Assembly (NCBI GenBank): GCA_902489665.1
Contig: CABUAT010000005.1
Span: forward strand, 17,864-81,863
Length of the DNA stretch: 64,000 nt
Direction: 5' to 3'
From: an uncultured Collinsella sp.
Lineage (GTDB): Bacteria > Actinomycetota > Coriobacteriia > Coriobacteriales > Coriobacteriaceae
Positions 24,971-34,537 of this stretch are shown piece by piece (position 1 is the stretch's first letter; the number at the start of each line of letters is the position of its first letter). The notes beneath the pieces were generated by a model. The model made no database searches. It saw nothing but the letters and a program-made list of their open reading frames with translations, and was not told the DNA's origin. Both the position numbers and the translations under genes were made by a program.

Positions 24971-25789
24971 ATGCCTCAGACTTACACTTTCGCCTCGTGG
25001 AACGTAAACGGCCTGCGCGCCGTGCTCAAAAAGGACCCGAGCTTTATCCAGATCGCGCAAGAACTCGACGTCGATATCCTGGCGTTGCAAGAGACCAAGC
25101 TGCAGGAGGGCCAGGTCGATATTGACCTGCCCGGCTATCACCAAACCTGGAGCTACGCCGAGCGTAAAGGCTATTCGGGCACTGCGGTCTTTAGCCGCCA
25201 GGAACCGCTGCGCGTGCTGCACGCCGACGCACTGCTACCCTACGCCGGCGAGAACGAGGCGGCCGAGCTCGTCGCCCAAGCCGCAACCGAGGGCCGCGTC
25301 TGTGCGCTCGAGTTCGACAAGTTTTGGTTTGTCGACGTCTATACGCCCAACGCACAAAATGAGCTCGCGCGCATCGACGTGCGTATGGCCTGGGACGATG
25401 CCTACCGCGGCTTTTTGAACGCGCTCGAGCGCGAGACCGGCAAACCCGTCGTAACCTGCGGCGACTTTAACGTGGCGCATGAGGAGATCGACCTTAAGAA
25501 CCCCAAGTCCAACCGCGGCAACGCAGGCTTTTCGGACGAGGAACGCGGCAAGTTTACCGAGCTGCTCAACGCCGGCTTTACCGATACCTGGCGCGCGGCA
25601 AACCCCGACGTCGAGGGCGTCTACAGCTGGTGGAGCTATCGCTTTAATGCCCGCAAGAACAACGCCGGCTGGCGCATCGATTACTTTCTGGTAAGCGATT
25701 CGATCGCCGCCAACGTTCGCGACACCGGCATCCGCGGCGACATCTTTGGCAGCGACCACTGCCCCGTCACCCTCACGCTAGAGCTCTAG
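24971..25789 (+). CDS. xth: Exodeoxyribonuclease III
   Basis: 272 aa with FASWNVNGLRA, LQETK, GDFNVAHEEIDL and SDHCPV. Confidence 0.9.
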   Translation: MPQTYTFASWNVNGLRAVLKKDPSFIQIAQELDVDILALQETKLQEGQVDIDLPGYHQTWSYAERKGYSGTAVFSRQEPLRVLHADALLPYAGENEAAELVAQAATEGRVCALEFDKFWFVDVYTPNAQNELARIDVRMAWDDAYRGFLNALERETGKPVVTCGDFNVAHEEIDLKNPKSNRGNAGFSDEERGKFTELLNAGFTDTWRAANPDVEGVYSWWSYRFNARKNNAGWRIDYFLVSDSIAANVRDTGIRGDIFGSDHCPVTLTLEL

Positions 25790-25808
25790 CCCCAAGTAAT
25801 TCCTCTAG

Positions 25809-25913
25809 GGGACAGAGGAAAACAGATCATGTGACCCCTCTCCCCCTATAAGGTGCGGTGGAATAGTTCCTGTTTGGGCAGCAAATAGCCAAAAACGAGA
25901 ACCATTCCACCGC
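25809..25913. repeat. Inverted X-like module plus 15-bp-arm palindrome between convergent xth and the ECF S gene
   Basis: ggggacagaggaaaacagatcat (25809-25830) is the reverse complement of the X-module core atgatc(c/t)gttt(t/c)cctc(c/t)gtcc. The arms gcggtggaatagttc (25855-25869) and gaaccattccaccgc (25899-25913) pair with one mismatch. Confidence 0.7.
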
Positions 25914-25939
25914 AAGTTCGTGAGGGAACGCGAAATGCC

Positions 25940-26653
25940 TTACAGCCCGTATTTCACGACGACACGGTTAATGCGACGGCACCAAGGCTTGTACAAGGCA
26001 GCCAAGAACACGCAGGTCGCGAGGCCGTGTGTGATATCGAACGGCACTGCCGTGGCAAGACGTGCCATGGCACCCGCCCACGTGAGCGGTTGAACAAAAC
26101 CGATAATGTCGTAGGCGTTGATCACAACGCCGTACAGCAAACCCGAAGCAAAGCCGTAGGTCAGCAGCGCCGGCATACGCACGGTGCCATCGGCGCGATC
26201 AAAAGCGCCGGCATGCGCCAGCGCACCGCCAACGTATCCCACGAGCCCCCAGGCATACATCTGCCACGGCGTCCACATGCCCTGCCCAAAAAAGAAATTG
26301 CTGGTCAGCGCCGCCAACGCACCGACCATAAAGCCGTTACGACGACCGAGTGTCGCCCCGGCGATAATGGCGATGGCACTCACGGGTTTAAAGTCGGGGA
26401 TGGGGCCAAACAAGATACGCCCCGCCGCGGCCAATGCTGCCAGAACCAGCGTGGGCATAATCTGGCGCAAACCCGGACGAGATGCCTCGTAACCCGCAAA
26501 GAACAGCGCGAGCACCAGCGCCACCACAACCAGCATGGCCAATGCTGCCTGCTCAACACCCGACAGCAACGCCGCAGCCATCACCGCCGGCACCGCCAAC
26601 AACAGCGGGATCTCCAGTTTTGCAAGCAAGCGCGAGAAACGACAGTCCGTCAT
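25940..26653 (-). CDS. ECF transporter substrate-specific (S) component
   Basis: About 237 aa from the ATG at 26653 (MTDCRFSR...). It has six hydrophobic helices and FFFGQGMWTPWQMYAWGLVGY, typical of ECF S components. It lies directly downstream of the ECF ATPase gene. Confidence 0.7.
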   Translation of the reverse strand: MTDCRFSRLLAKLEIPLLLAVPAVMAAALLSGVEQAALAMLVVVALVLALFFAGYEASRPGLRQIMPTLVLAALAAAGRILFGPIPDFKPVSAIAIIAGATLGRRNGFMVGALAALTSNFFFGQGMWTPWQMYAWGLVGYVGGALAHAGAFDRADGTVRMPALLTYGFASGLLYGVVINAYDIIGFVQPLTWAGAMARLATAVPFDITHGLATCVFLAALYKPWCRRINRVVVKYGL

Positions 26654-26657
26654 CCCA

Positions 26658-28301
26658 TCACGCCCTATAGAACACGTTGTCGGCAAAGAAGTCGGCCGGG
26701 GGCTCCGTGCAGGCAATCTCGCCGTCAAACATCATGGCGACGTCGTCGGCCACCTGCTCGGCAAAGTCCAAATCGTGCGTAGCCATGATGACGGTGCCGC
26801 CAGCCTTCGCATGGTCACGCAGGGCGCGGGCGATGATGCGGCGGCTGGCCAGGTCCAAACCCTTGGTGGGCTCATCGAGCAATAGCAGCTCGGGGCCAAT
26901 CAACAGCAGCTTTGCCAACGCAAGCAGCTGGCGCTGACCGCCCGAAAGATCGTACGGGTGACGCGCCTCCAAGCCCGCCAGACCCAGACGCGCTGTCTGC
27001 TCCCGTGCTGCGGCCTCGTCGTATCCGCAGGTCGAGGCCCATTCCATCAGCTCATCGCGAACCGTCTCGGCAACCAGCAATGCTTTGGGATTCTGCGGCA
27101 GCAGCGCAGCCGAGGCCGCCCCGCGCACCATACGACCACGCTGCAGCTTGGCAGTCTTGGCCAGCACCGAAAGCATCGTCGACTTGCCGCAGCCGTTACC
27201 GCCCACAACCGCATGCACCGCGCCAGACGAAAACGACGCATCGAGCCCGCGCAGCACCCAGCCGGACGCTCGATCGTAGCGAAACCAGCCTTCCGACAGG
27301 GTGGTAGCCGACCCGCCGTGCATTTTTTGGAGTATTCTGCTTGCATCCGTGCGCGGGAAGGCTTCCGAGCCGTTCTCGAGCGACGTTTGCGCCACAAATT
27401 CGGACGATTTGTCCAATTCCGAACTTTTTTTCGCGCTCGATACGTCCCCGGGCGACTCCAGAGAGCCCAAATTGTCCTCACGCCTGCTGAATACTCCTTT
27501 ATTTGCACATCGGATGGCACCCCACCCCAACATGTCATCGGAAAACAGCGATTCTCGGCGTCCCAAAGAAGCCATATCCGCCACATCGCGCACGCGACCG
27601 TCCTCAATCCGGTACGCACACGTCGCGTATTCGAGCATTGGGCGCGGCTGATGCGTCGCCACAACAACCGTGCAGCCCAGCTCGCGATTCACACGAAACA
27701 GCGCGTGCAGGAAATTCTTCTCGGCAACGGGATCGAGCTGAGACGTGGGCTCGTCGAGCAGCAGCACGTGCGGGCGCAACGCCAGAACGGCCGCCAACGA
27801 CAGCAACTGTTTGCGACCACCCGAAAGCGTGTCAGTATCGCGGTGAAGCCAATCTTCCAGCCCAAAGAAATAGCTGGTCTCAGCTACGCGACGGCGCATC
27901 TCATCACGTGCTAGCCCCAAGTTTTCCAGGCCAAACGCCATCTCGTGCCACACGGTCTCGCACACGATCTGGTTCTCGGGGTCCTGAAACACATAACCCA
28001 CGCGCTCCGCCGATGCCCGCACGTCCATGTCGGCAACGTTCTCGCCCAGCACGCGCGGCTCGCCGGAGAGCGTACCCGCCGGCGCGATCTCGGGCTTGAG
28101 CAGCGACAGCAGCGTCGACTTGCCCGAACCGGTACCGCCAACAAGCAGCGCAAATGCACCTTGGGGAACAGACCAGTCGAGCCCCTCGAGCACCGCAGCA
28201 TCAGTATCGGGGTAGGCAAAGCTCAGGCTCCGCACCTCAATCGCCGGCATATCCGGGCCGCACGCCGCGCCCGACACCGGGCCCCTATCCAACCGAGCCA
28301 T
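26658..28301 (-). CDS. ECF transporter duplicated ATPase (EcfA-EcfA' fusion)
   Basis: 547 aa with two complete ABC cassettes. The first has GGTGSGKST / LSGGRKQ / LLLDEPTSQLD. The second has GGNGCGKST / LSGGQRQ / LLLDEPTKGLD. Confidence 0.9.
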   Translation of the reverse strand: MARLDRGPVSGAACGPDMPAIEVRSLSFAYPDTDAAVLEGLDWSVPQGAFALLVGGTGSGKSTLLSLLKPEIAPAGTLSGEPRVLGENVADMDVRASAERVGYVFQDPENQIVCETVWHEMAFGLENLGLARDEMRRRVAETSYFFGLEDWLHRDTDTLSGGRKQLLSLAAVLALRPHVLLLDEPTSQLDPVAEKNFLHALFRVNRELGCTVVVATHQPRPMLEYATCAYRIEDGRVRDVADMASLGRRESLFSDDMLGWGAIRCANKGVFSRREDNLGSLESPGDVSSAKKSSELDKSSEFVAQTSLENGSEAFPRTDASRILQKMHGGSATTLSEGWFRYDRASGWVLRGLDASFSSGAVHAVVGGNGCGKSTMLSVLAKTAKLQRGRMVRGAASAALLPQNPKALLVAETVRDELMEWASTCGYDEAAAREQTARLGLAGLEARHPYDLSGGQRQLLALAKLLLIGPELLLLDEPTKGLDLASRRIIARALRDHAKAGGTVIMATHDLDFAEQVADDVAMMFDGEIACTEPPADFFADNVFYRA

Positions 28302-29200
28302 CAGCCAAACCTCTTCTCATCAATCGCGTGCAACGTGCAAGGCAGCACCATCCAGGCAGCGTACACAACATAGCCCGGCCACGGCGCCGGCACCGAGAGC
28401 TGCGGATAAAACGAATACTGCGTCGTCGCGGTCGTCGCCACGGCCACCGCGGCGGCGCCAAACAGCGCAAGCCCAACCAGCGCGGCAACATCGCCGCACC
28501 CCAGCCGATACCGCGCATACGTCGTTCGACGCGTCGCGGCGCCCCACCCACGGGAGCGCATGGCGTCCGCGCGCTCCAGCGAATCTTCCATGCCCCAGCC
28601 CATCAACACACTCGATGCCCGCAAACGCGAACGCACGGGGTCGGCCGGCGCGCGGCCCGGCACATCAATCGCATCTTGCACCGCCAGCACCGTACGGCCG
28701 CGGCGCAAAAACTGCGGGATCAGCCGCATGCACATCGAGATCATGAGCGCGATTACCGGCGCGGTGTTGCCCAGGAGCGCGAGCACCTTGTCGTATTCGA
28801 GCATCGACGCCGCGGCCTCAAACCACAGCACACTCGCCACAAACAGCCCGCCCATGCACAGGCCGTACACCATGCTCTCCAAATACACCGCGCGCATGCC
28901 GATGCGGAAAAGCTCCGTCGAGCCCGATGCGCTAAACAGCGGGTTGACCAGCGCGATAATCAAAATCACCGGCAGCTGCCAGCGCAACGCACCCAGCGTG
29001 CGGGCAGCACCGCGGGTCGCAAATCCGTACGCCAGTCCGCCTGCGAGCGACAGCGCAATCAGCACCGGCTGCATCGAGAACATGGTGAGCCCCAGCGTCA
29101 GCACCATATAGAGTGCCGGCACCGCCGGATGCGACATCGAGAATGCCGCCACGGGCTCGGCGCCCGAACCCTCTCGCATGTTGTCCACGGCCACCCCCAT
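28301..29200 (-). CDS. ECF transporter transmembrane (T) component (CbiQ family)
   Basis: ORF 28301-29332. It is polytopic and contains the Ala-Arg-Gly-type coupling region (AMRSRGW). The start is uncertain (ATG at 29200 or 29179), and the stop overlaps the ATPase start. Confidence 0.7.
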   Translation of the reverse strand: MGVAVDNMREGSGAEPVAAFSMSHPAVPALYMVLTLGLTMFSMQPVLIALSLAGGLAYGFATRGAARTLGALRWQLPVILIIALVNPLFSASGSTELFRIGMRAVYLESMVYGLCMGGLFVASVLWFEAAASMLEYDKVLALLGNTAPVIALMISMCMRLIPQFLRRGRTVLAVQDAIDVPGRAPADPVRSRLRASSVLMGWGMEDSLERADAMRSRGWGAATRRTTYARYRLGCGDVAALVGLALFGAAAVAVATTATTQYSFYPQLSVPAPWPGYVVYAAWMVLPCTLHAIDEKRFG

Positions 29201-29387
29201 TCTCTCACCAAAATGCCAGCGCCGCAGCACCGCCGGCACCGCCCGCAAGCAGCGCAAACACCGCGCCGGCAGCACAGGCCTCGGCCACCGCGCGCCAATC
29301 GTTACGCGCTCATCATATGCCTGCGGTATCATATTGCGCCGTGTATCGTTTCCAAACGCACGTCTCTATAACGTAACAGGAGATCAC

Positions 29388-30800
29388 ATGGACGCAACCG
29401 CAATTATCCTCGCCGCCGGCGAGGGCACCCGCATGAAGTCGAACCACTGCAAGGTTTCGCACAAGATCCTGGGCAAGCCCATGGTTCAGTGGATCGTCGA
29501 CGCCACCATCAAGGCCGGCTGCAGCCGCGTCGTGGTCGTCATCGGCAGCCACGCCGACGAGATGCGCGCCCTTATCGACGGCGCCTACGCCAACAGCGCC
29601 ACCAAGGTCGAGTGCGTCGAGCAGACCGAGCGCCTGGGCACCGGCCACGCCGTAAAGGTCGCACTCGAGGCCTGCGGCATCGCGCAAGGCCCCGTTGTCG
29701 TGCTCAACGGCGACCTGCCGCTCATCACCGCCGACACCGTTGCCAAGTTCGCGCAAACCGTCGCTACCGGCGAGCTCGCCTGCACCGTCATGACCATGAC
29801 CCCGCCCGACCCCTTCGGCTACGGCCGCATCAAGCTGGGCGCCGACGGCCAGATTGAGCGCATCATCGAGCAGAAGGACTGCACACCCGAGCAGGCCGCC
29901 ACGCTGCTGGAGTGCAACGCCGGCTGCTACGCCTTCGACGGCGCGCAGCTCGCCGCCCACATTAACGAGATCGGCAACGACAACGCGCAGTCCGAGTACT
30001 ATCTGCCCGACATGCTCGAGATCCTCAAAGGTCACGGCCAGGCAGTCTCCATCTTCCACTGCGATGACTACCGCGACGGCCTGGGCGTCAACAGCCGTAT
30101 CCAGCTCGCGCAGCTCACCGCCATCGCGCGCGACCGCATCAACGAGCACTGGATGGCCGAGGGCGTTACGTTCATCGACCCCACGCAGGCCTGGATCGGC
30201 CCCGATGCCGTTATCGGCCGCGACACCGTCGTGTGGCCGCAGACGCATCTGATCGGCCACGTCACCGTGGGCGAGGAGTGCCAGCTCGGCCCCAACAGCC
30301 GTCTCACCGACACCACCGTCGGCAGCGGCTGCACCATCGATGAGACCATCGCCATCGAGGCCGTCATCGAGAACGGCGTCGACTGCGGCCCGCGCGCCTA
30401 CCTGCGCCCGGGCACCCACATGCTCGACGGATCCAAGGCCGGCACGCACGTGGAGATCAAGAAGTCCACGATCGGTGAGGGCTCCAAGGTGCCGCACCTG
30501 TCTTACATCGGCGACACCACCATGGGCTCCGGCGTCAACGTGGGCGCAGGCTCCATCACCTGCAACTACGACGGCGTCCACAAGCACAAGACCGTCATCG
30601 GCAAGGATGCCTTCATCGGTTCCGACACCATGATGGTCGCGCCCGCCCAGATCGGCGACGGCGCGCTCGTTGCCGCCGGCTCCGTCATCACCGAGCCGGT
30701 TCCGGCAGACGCACTCGGCCTGGGCCGCGCCCGTCAGGTAAATATCGAGGGCTGGGCCGCCGATTACCGCCGCCGCCTGCACGAGGACGACGAGGCATAA
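29388..30800 (+). CDS. glmU: Bifunctional UDP-N-acetylglucosamine pyrophosphorylase / glucosamine-1-phosphate N-acetyltransferase
   Basis: Start at the ATG at 29388 (MDATAIILAAGEGTRMKS), preceded by RBS AGGAG. Left-handed beta-helix hexapeptide repeats occupy the C-terminal half. Confidence 0.9.
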   Translation: MDATAIILAAGEGTRMKSNHCKVSHKILGKPMVQWIVDATIKAGCSRVVVVIGSHADEMRALIDGAYANSATKVECVEQTERLGTGHAVKVALEACGIAQGPVVVLNGDLPLITADTVAKFAQTVATGELACTVMTMTPPDPFGYGRIKLGADGQIERIIEQKDCTPEQAATLLECNAGCYAFDGAQLAAHINEIGNDNAQSEYYLPDMLEILKGHGQAVSIFHCDDYRDGLGVNSRIQLAQLTAIARDRINEHWMAEGVTFIDPTQAWIGPDAVIGRDTVVWPQTHLIGHVTVGEECQLGPNSRLTDTTVGSGCTIDETIAIEAVIENGVDCGPRAYLRPGTHMLDGSKAGTHVEIKKSTIGEGSKVPHLSYIGDTTMGSGVNVGAGSITCNYDGVHKHKTVIGKDAFIGSDTMMVAPAQIGDGALVAAGSVITEPVPADALGLGRARQVNIEGWAADYRRRLHEDDEA

Positions 30801-30816
30801 CGTTTTACCAAGCACA

Positions 30817-30850
30817 AAAGGAGCTGTTCCCATGGGGACGGCTCCTTTTT
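30817..30850 (+). terminator. Intrinsic terminator after glmU
   Basis: aaaaggagctgttcc-catg-gggacggctccttttt. Confidence 0.6.
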
Positions 30851-30993
30851 CTATCGCGACCTGCGCGACCGGATGAGTGGTCGGTTCGTGTCCGTTGACG
30901 GTAAAGACGTTATCAAGACTCAATAAGCCCCGTCGCGCGGTTACAATGCAACAAGGCATCTATATGGCATTCGATGTATAAAGGAGAAGGGTA

Positions 30994-31980
30994 ATGCCGA
31001 TTAATGATCCCGAGAAGTCGGAGAATATGCGCAAGTCCATCCGCGTGTATTCCGGTTCCTCCAACCGTCCCCTCGCTCAGAAGATCGCTGAGTACCTTGG
31101 GGTCGAGCTTTCGGGCCTTACGCTAAAGCAGTTCGCCAATGGTGAGATTTACGCCCGCTACGACGAGACCGTCCGCGGCGCCGACGTCTTCCTGATTCAG
31201 TCCGTGGCCGGCGGCAACGTCAACGACATGCTCATGGAGCTGCTCATCGCCACCGACGCTGCCAAGCGCGCATCCGCCCGCTCCATCACCGCCGTTATCA
31301 CCCACTACGGCTATGCCCGCCAGGACCGCAAGGCCGGCCCGCGCGAGCCCATCACCGCCCGCCTCGTCGCCAACCTGCTCGAGCGCGCCGGCGTCGACCG
31401 CATCATCACCCTCGACCTGCACCAGGGTCAGATCCAGGGCTTCTTTGATATCCCGGTCAACCACCTGTCCGCACTGCCGCTGTTTGGCCAGTACTACAAC
31501 GACATGCACTTCGACACCGACAACCTGGTTGTCGTCTCCCCCGACGTGGGTCGTGCCAAGGCCGCCAAGAAGCTGTCCGACATGCTCGGCTGCGACCTGG
31601 CCATCGCCCACAAGGGCCGTCCGCGCCACAACGCCGCCGAGGTCATGGGCATCATCGGTGACATCAAGGGCAAGACCTGCGTCATCAATGACGACATGAT
31701 CGACACCGCTGGCACCCTGTGCGCCAACGTCAAGGAGCTCAAGGCCATGGGCGCTGGCGACATCTACGTCTGCGCCACCCACGGCATCTTCTCCGGTCCG
31801 GCCATCGAGCGCCTGAACGACGCCCCAATCGTCGAGTGCGTCGTCACCGATGCCATCCCCGTCGAGGTCGGCGGCAAGATTAAGACCATCTCGGTCGCCG
31901 AGGAGTTCGCTCAGGCCATCTCCGCCGTTTACCACGAGGAGCCCGTCTCCACGCTCGTCGGCGGCGACTTCGCGCTGTAA
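30994..31980 (+). CDS. prs: Ribose-phosphate pyrophosphokinase
   Basis: 328 aa with YARQDRK, HQGQIQGFFDIPVD-like LHQGQIQGFFDIPVNH and the PRPP loop VINDDMIDTAGT. RBS AAGGAG lies upstream. Confidence 0.9.
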   Translation: MPINDPEKSENMRKSIRVYSGSSNRPLAQKIAEYLGVELSGLTLKQFANGEIYARYDETVRGADVFLIQSVAGGNVNDMLMELLIATDAAKRASARSITAVITHYGYARQDRKAGPREPITARLVANLLERAGVDRIITLDLHQGQIQGFFDIPVNHLSALPLFGQYYNDMHFDTDNLVVVSPDVGRAKAAKKLSDMLGCDLAIAHKGRPRHNAAEVMGIIGDIKGKTCVINDDMIDTAGTLCANVKELKAMGAGDIYVCATHGIFSGPAIERLNDAPIVECVVTDAIPVEVGGKIKTISVAEEFAQAISAVYHEEPVSTLVGGDFAL

Positions 31981-32013
31981 TCCAGCGTGCATCTCATCAT
32001 CTTTGGTGTTTTT

Positions 32014-32046
32014 AAAGGGTCGGAAGCTCGCTTCCGACCCTTTTTC
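32014..32046 (+). terminator. Intrinsic terminator after prs
   Basis: aaagggtcggaagc-tcg-cttccgacccttttt. Confidence 0.7.
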
Positions 32047-32065
32047 TACCCCTCGACAACCTTCC

Positions 32066-32269
32066 CTGGACAATTAGTTCAGATACGTATTTTTTTAAAG
32101 CTCCAAAGGCCGTTCTGAGCCTTCTGAGCTCCCCGGCGAACGCCATACTGCCCAAAGCTCATCGCTTTCGAGTACGACCGCCGCATATTTACCCTCAAAT
32201 CGCCCTCGAAAGCCCTTAGAAACGCCTCGAACGCCCGCCGTCTTATACGTATCTGAACTAACTGTCCAG
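32066..32269. mobile_element. MITE-like element I-1 (204 bp) with 25-bp terminal inverted repeats
   Basis: TIRs are ctggacaattagttcagatacgtat (32066-32090) and atacgtatctgaactaactgtccag (32245-32269). There is no credible ORF inside. Near-identical 11-mers cgacaaccttc (left, adjacent) and cgtcaaccttc (right, 7 nt away) flank it. Confidence 0.6.
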
Positions 32270-32431
32270 TAGCTATCGTCAACCTTCGCGGCAGAGCTCA
32301 ATTTCCTGCAATCCCCTCAACCGATTCCACCGATTTCATAACACCCAGCCGTTCATGGCGCGCAGCGCCCCGCTGAGCGAAAAGAACGGTATGGCGGTCG
32401 CATTCTGCCGCCAACTTAGTACGTTATAGCT

Positions 32432-33559
32432 ATGACGACCGTGATTTCACATCTCTCCGCCCTCCGCGCAATTCGTCGCGCACGACGGGCGTACTCTGCC
32501 CTACCCTGGGACTCCGTTGATAGCGAACAGCAAGCACAGGCCTTGGCTGGCTGCATTCCCAACAATGACGCGATAGACTTTGGCGCACTTTCGATACTCG
32601 ACGCCTGGAATGAAGATGATTCCGAACTGCTCGATCTTCTCGTTTCAAACGAAGACAACAGGCGCCCCGACAAGCGACTTCTTCAGCATATTCTCTCCAC
32701 TCCTCTTCCTGAAGGTGCAATTATGCACGTCGAGGCCGACATCTACGCAACGTCTCCTGCCATGACAGCCATGCTTTGTTCCAAAAATGAATCAGTCGCC
32801 AAAACCTTGATGCTCCTTATGGAGCTGCTCGGAACCTACTCACTTCCGCCCGAGGCAACTTACCCCATCGCCTACGACGACACGTGGCCCAAGGCCAACA
32901 GCTTCGAAGCGATGGACGACCTCGATTGCCAGGGCGACCAACCGACACCCGAAAAGCCAGCCGAAACACGCTACGAACAGGCACACTATAGATGCGAACC
33001 CGCTACAACCATCGAAGAACTCGAGGCAGTCGCACGGTTCGCCAAAAGTAGTTCCTACGCCTCGTTTCGTACGGCTGTCAAACTCGCCCGGGCCGGATCC
33101 GCATCCCCAGCGGAATCATTGATGTTCGCCGTCCTGGGCGCGCCCATGCGCTTTGGCGGATTCGGGTGTTGCAGTTTGCCCACGGGAGGCCTGCTGCTCA
33201 ACTATCGTGTCGATTTCGACACCCTTGCGGTCAACATGTCCTCGGGCATCCCCTACGCCATCTGCGACTTATATTGCCCGGCCGCCGGAATCGACAACGA
33301 ATACAACGGAATTGGACATGAGCTTCAAAACGCCCGCATCCACGATGGCAATCGCAACAATGGCCTTAAAGCCATGGGTATCCACGTCCTGGTTATCAAT
33401 CGTGACCAAATGAAGGACCTTGTTGCACTCGAAGCCTTCGCCCAGACGATGCATCGACTTGCGGGGGTTCGATTCCGCTACCGCATCAAGGGTTATCGCA
33501 AGCGTCAGGCTGCCTGGCTCAACGCCCTGCGGGCCGGAATCGGCCTCGCGCCGGTCTAA
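32432..33559 (+). CDS. Hypothetical protein with a C-terminal DUF559/Vsr-like PD-(D/E)xK nuclease-fold signature
   Basis: 375 aa, visibly lower in GC than its neighbours. The N-terminus VISHLSALRAI resembles the SHxSAA motif of DUF559-type proteins. The C-terminus SPAESLMF...YAICDLYCPAAGIDNEYNGIGHE...DGNRNNGLKAMGIHVLVI matches the pattern E..L / D / E.DG..H / D..R...L...G..V. Confidence 0.45.
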   Translation: MTTVISHLSALRAIRRARRAYSALPWDSVDSEQQAQALAGCIPNNDAIDFGALSILDAWNEDDSELLDLLVSNEDNRRPDKRLLQHILSTPLPEGAIMHVEADIYATSPAMTAMLCSKNESVAKTLMLLMELLGTYSLPPEATYPIAYDDTWPKANSFEAMDDLDCQGDQPTPEKPAETRYEQAHYRCEPATTIEELEAVARFAKSSSYASFRTAVKLARAGSASPAESLMFAVLGAPMRFGGFGCCSLPTGGLLLNYRVDFDTLAVNMSSGIPYAICDLYCPAAGIDNEYNGIGHELQNARIHDGNRNNGLKAMGIHVLVINRDQMKDLVALEAFAQTMHRLAGVRFRYRIKGYRKRQAAWLNALRAGIGLAPV

Positions 33560-33589
33560 AAGACTTTTACCCAGTGTTACCTAGCATGG

Positions 33590-33793
33590 CTGGACAGTTA
33601 GTTCAGATTTGTATAAAAAGACGGCTAATATCGAGGTAGTTTGCCGCCATCCCGGCGCCAGTCACCTCATTTGAAGACTCGAAAGATCTGAAATAGCGCA
33701 AAATGTGCTCCCCAAAGCGCCGTGGCAGTTCCGCGGTCCCAATTTTGACAGTCAAAGACCTCTTGGTTTATACAAATCTGAACTAACTGTCCA
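33590..33793. mobile_element. MITE-like element I-2 (204 bp), inverted relative to I-1
   Basis: TIRs are ctggacagttagttcagatttgtata (33590-33615) and tatacaaatctgaactaactgtcca (33769-33793). The interior aligns with the reverse complement of the I-1 interior (aagacggc..., actcgaaag...). Confidence 0.6.
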
Positions 33794-33901
33794 CCCCGGC
33801 TTCTGACGACTGCCCAAACGCCCTCATACAGCCTCAATCACCCGCCATTTGACAGCAGCAACGGGGTCGCTCACCATAGCAGGCGACAAATCAACGAAAG
33901 G

Positions 33902-34537
33902 ATGAACATGGCAGCTGCACAGCCGCTTAAGATTCGCATGGTTGCCGGACTTGGCAACCCTGGCGAGGAATATGCCGAGACCCGTCACAACGCTGGTTTC
34001 AAAGCAATCGACGAGCTGGCCCGTCAGGCCGGCGTCACGTACTGGAAAAACCAAGCAGGCGCCGAGATCGCGCTCATCAACATCAACGATCCCGAGGAAG
34101 AGGGCGGCAAGCGCCAGATTGTACTGGTCAAGCCGCAGTCGTACATGAACACCTCGGGCGGGCCCATCTCCAAACTCTGCCGCGAGTACAAGATCAAGGC
34201 CGAGGAGCTGCTCGTCATCCACGACGAGCTCGATATTCCCGCCGGCGACGTGCGTGTTAAGGTGGGCGGCGGCCATGCCGGTCACAACGGCCTGCGTTCC
34301 ATCATCGATAAGATGGGCAGCCGCGACTTCAGCCGCATCCGCACCGGCATCGGCAACCCTCCCGGCAAGATGGCCGTCGCCGACTACGTGCTTAAGCAGC
34401 TGCGCGCCCGCGAGGCCGAGGATTTCCAGGACACCTGCGCCCGCGCGGCCGACGCCGCCGGCCTGGCGATTGTGCACGGCGTAGTCTATGCTCGCGACCA
34501 TGTCAACGGCGCCGCCTCCGCCAACGGCAAGCACTAA
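33902..34537 (+). CDS. pth: Peptidyl-tRNA hydrolase
   Basis: GLGNPGEEYAETRHNAGF, KPQSYMNTSG and HDELD. The start could also be the internal Met in MVAGLGNPG. Confidence 0.9.
   Translation: MNMAAAQPLKIRMVAGLGNPGEEYAETRHNAGFKAIDELARQAGVTYWKNQAGAEIALININDPEEEGGKRQIVLVKPQSYMNTSGGPISKLCREYKIKAEELLVIHDELDIPAGDVRVKVGGGHAGHNGLRSIIDKMGSRDFSRIRTGIGNPPGKMAVADYVLKQLRAREAEDFQDTCARAADAAGLAIVHGVVYARDHVNGAASANGKH

Noticed and set aside
29201-29387. Riboswitch upstream of the ECF T-AA'-S operon (TPP, as for ykoCDE-type systems), and a ZTP or purine riboswitch upstream of purF (47371-47660).
   Set aside because: I looked for the TPP core (CUGAGA ... ACCUGAUCUGGAUAAUGCCAGCG) and the ZTP pfl motif on the correct strand. 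I found only a fragment (aatgccagcg) on the wrong strand. There is no convincing conserved core by eye; a covariance-model scan (Rfam/Infernal) would settle it.
32079-32301. ORFs of 67-68 aa inside MITE-like element I-1.
   Set aside because: They run across the terminal inverted repeat, have no RBS and no counterpart in the inverted sibling I-2, and show repeat-driven composition.
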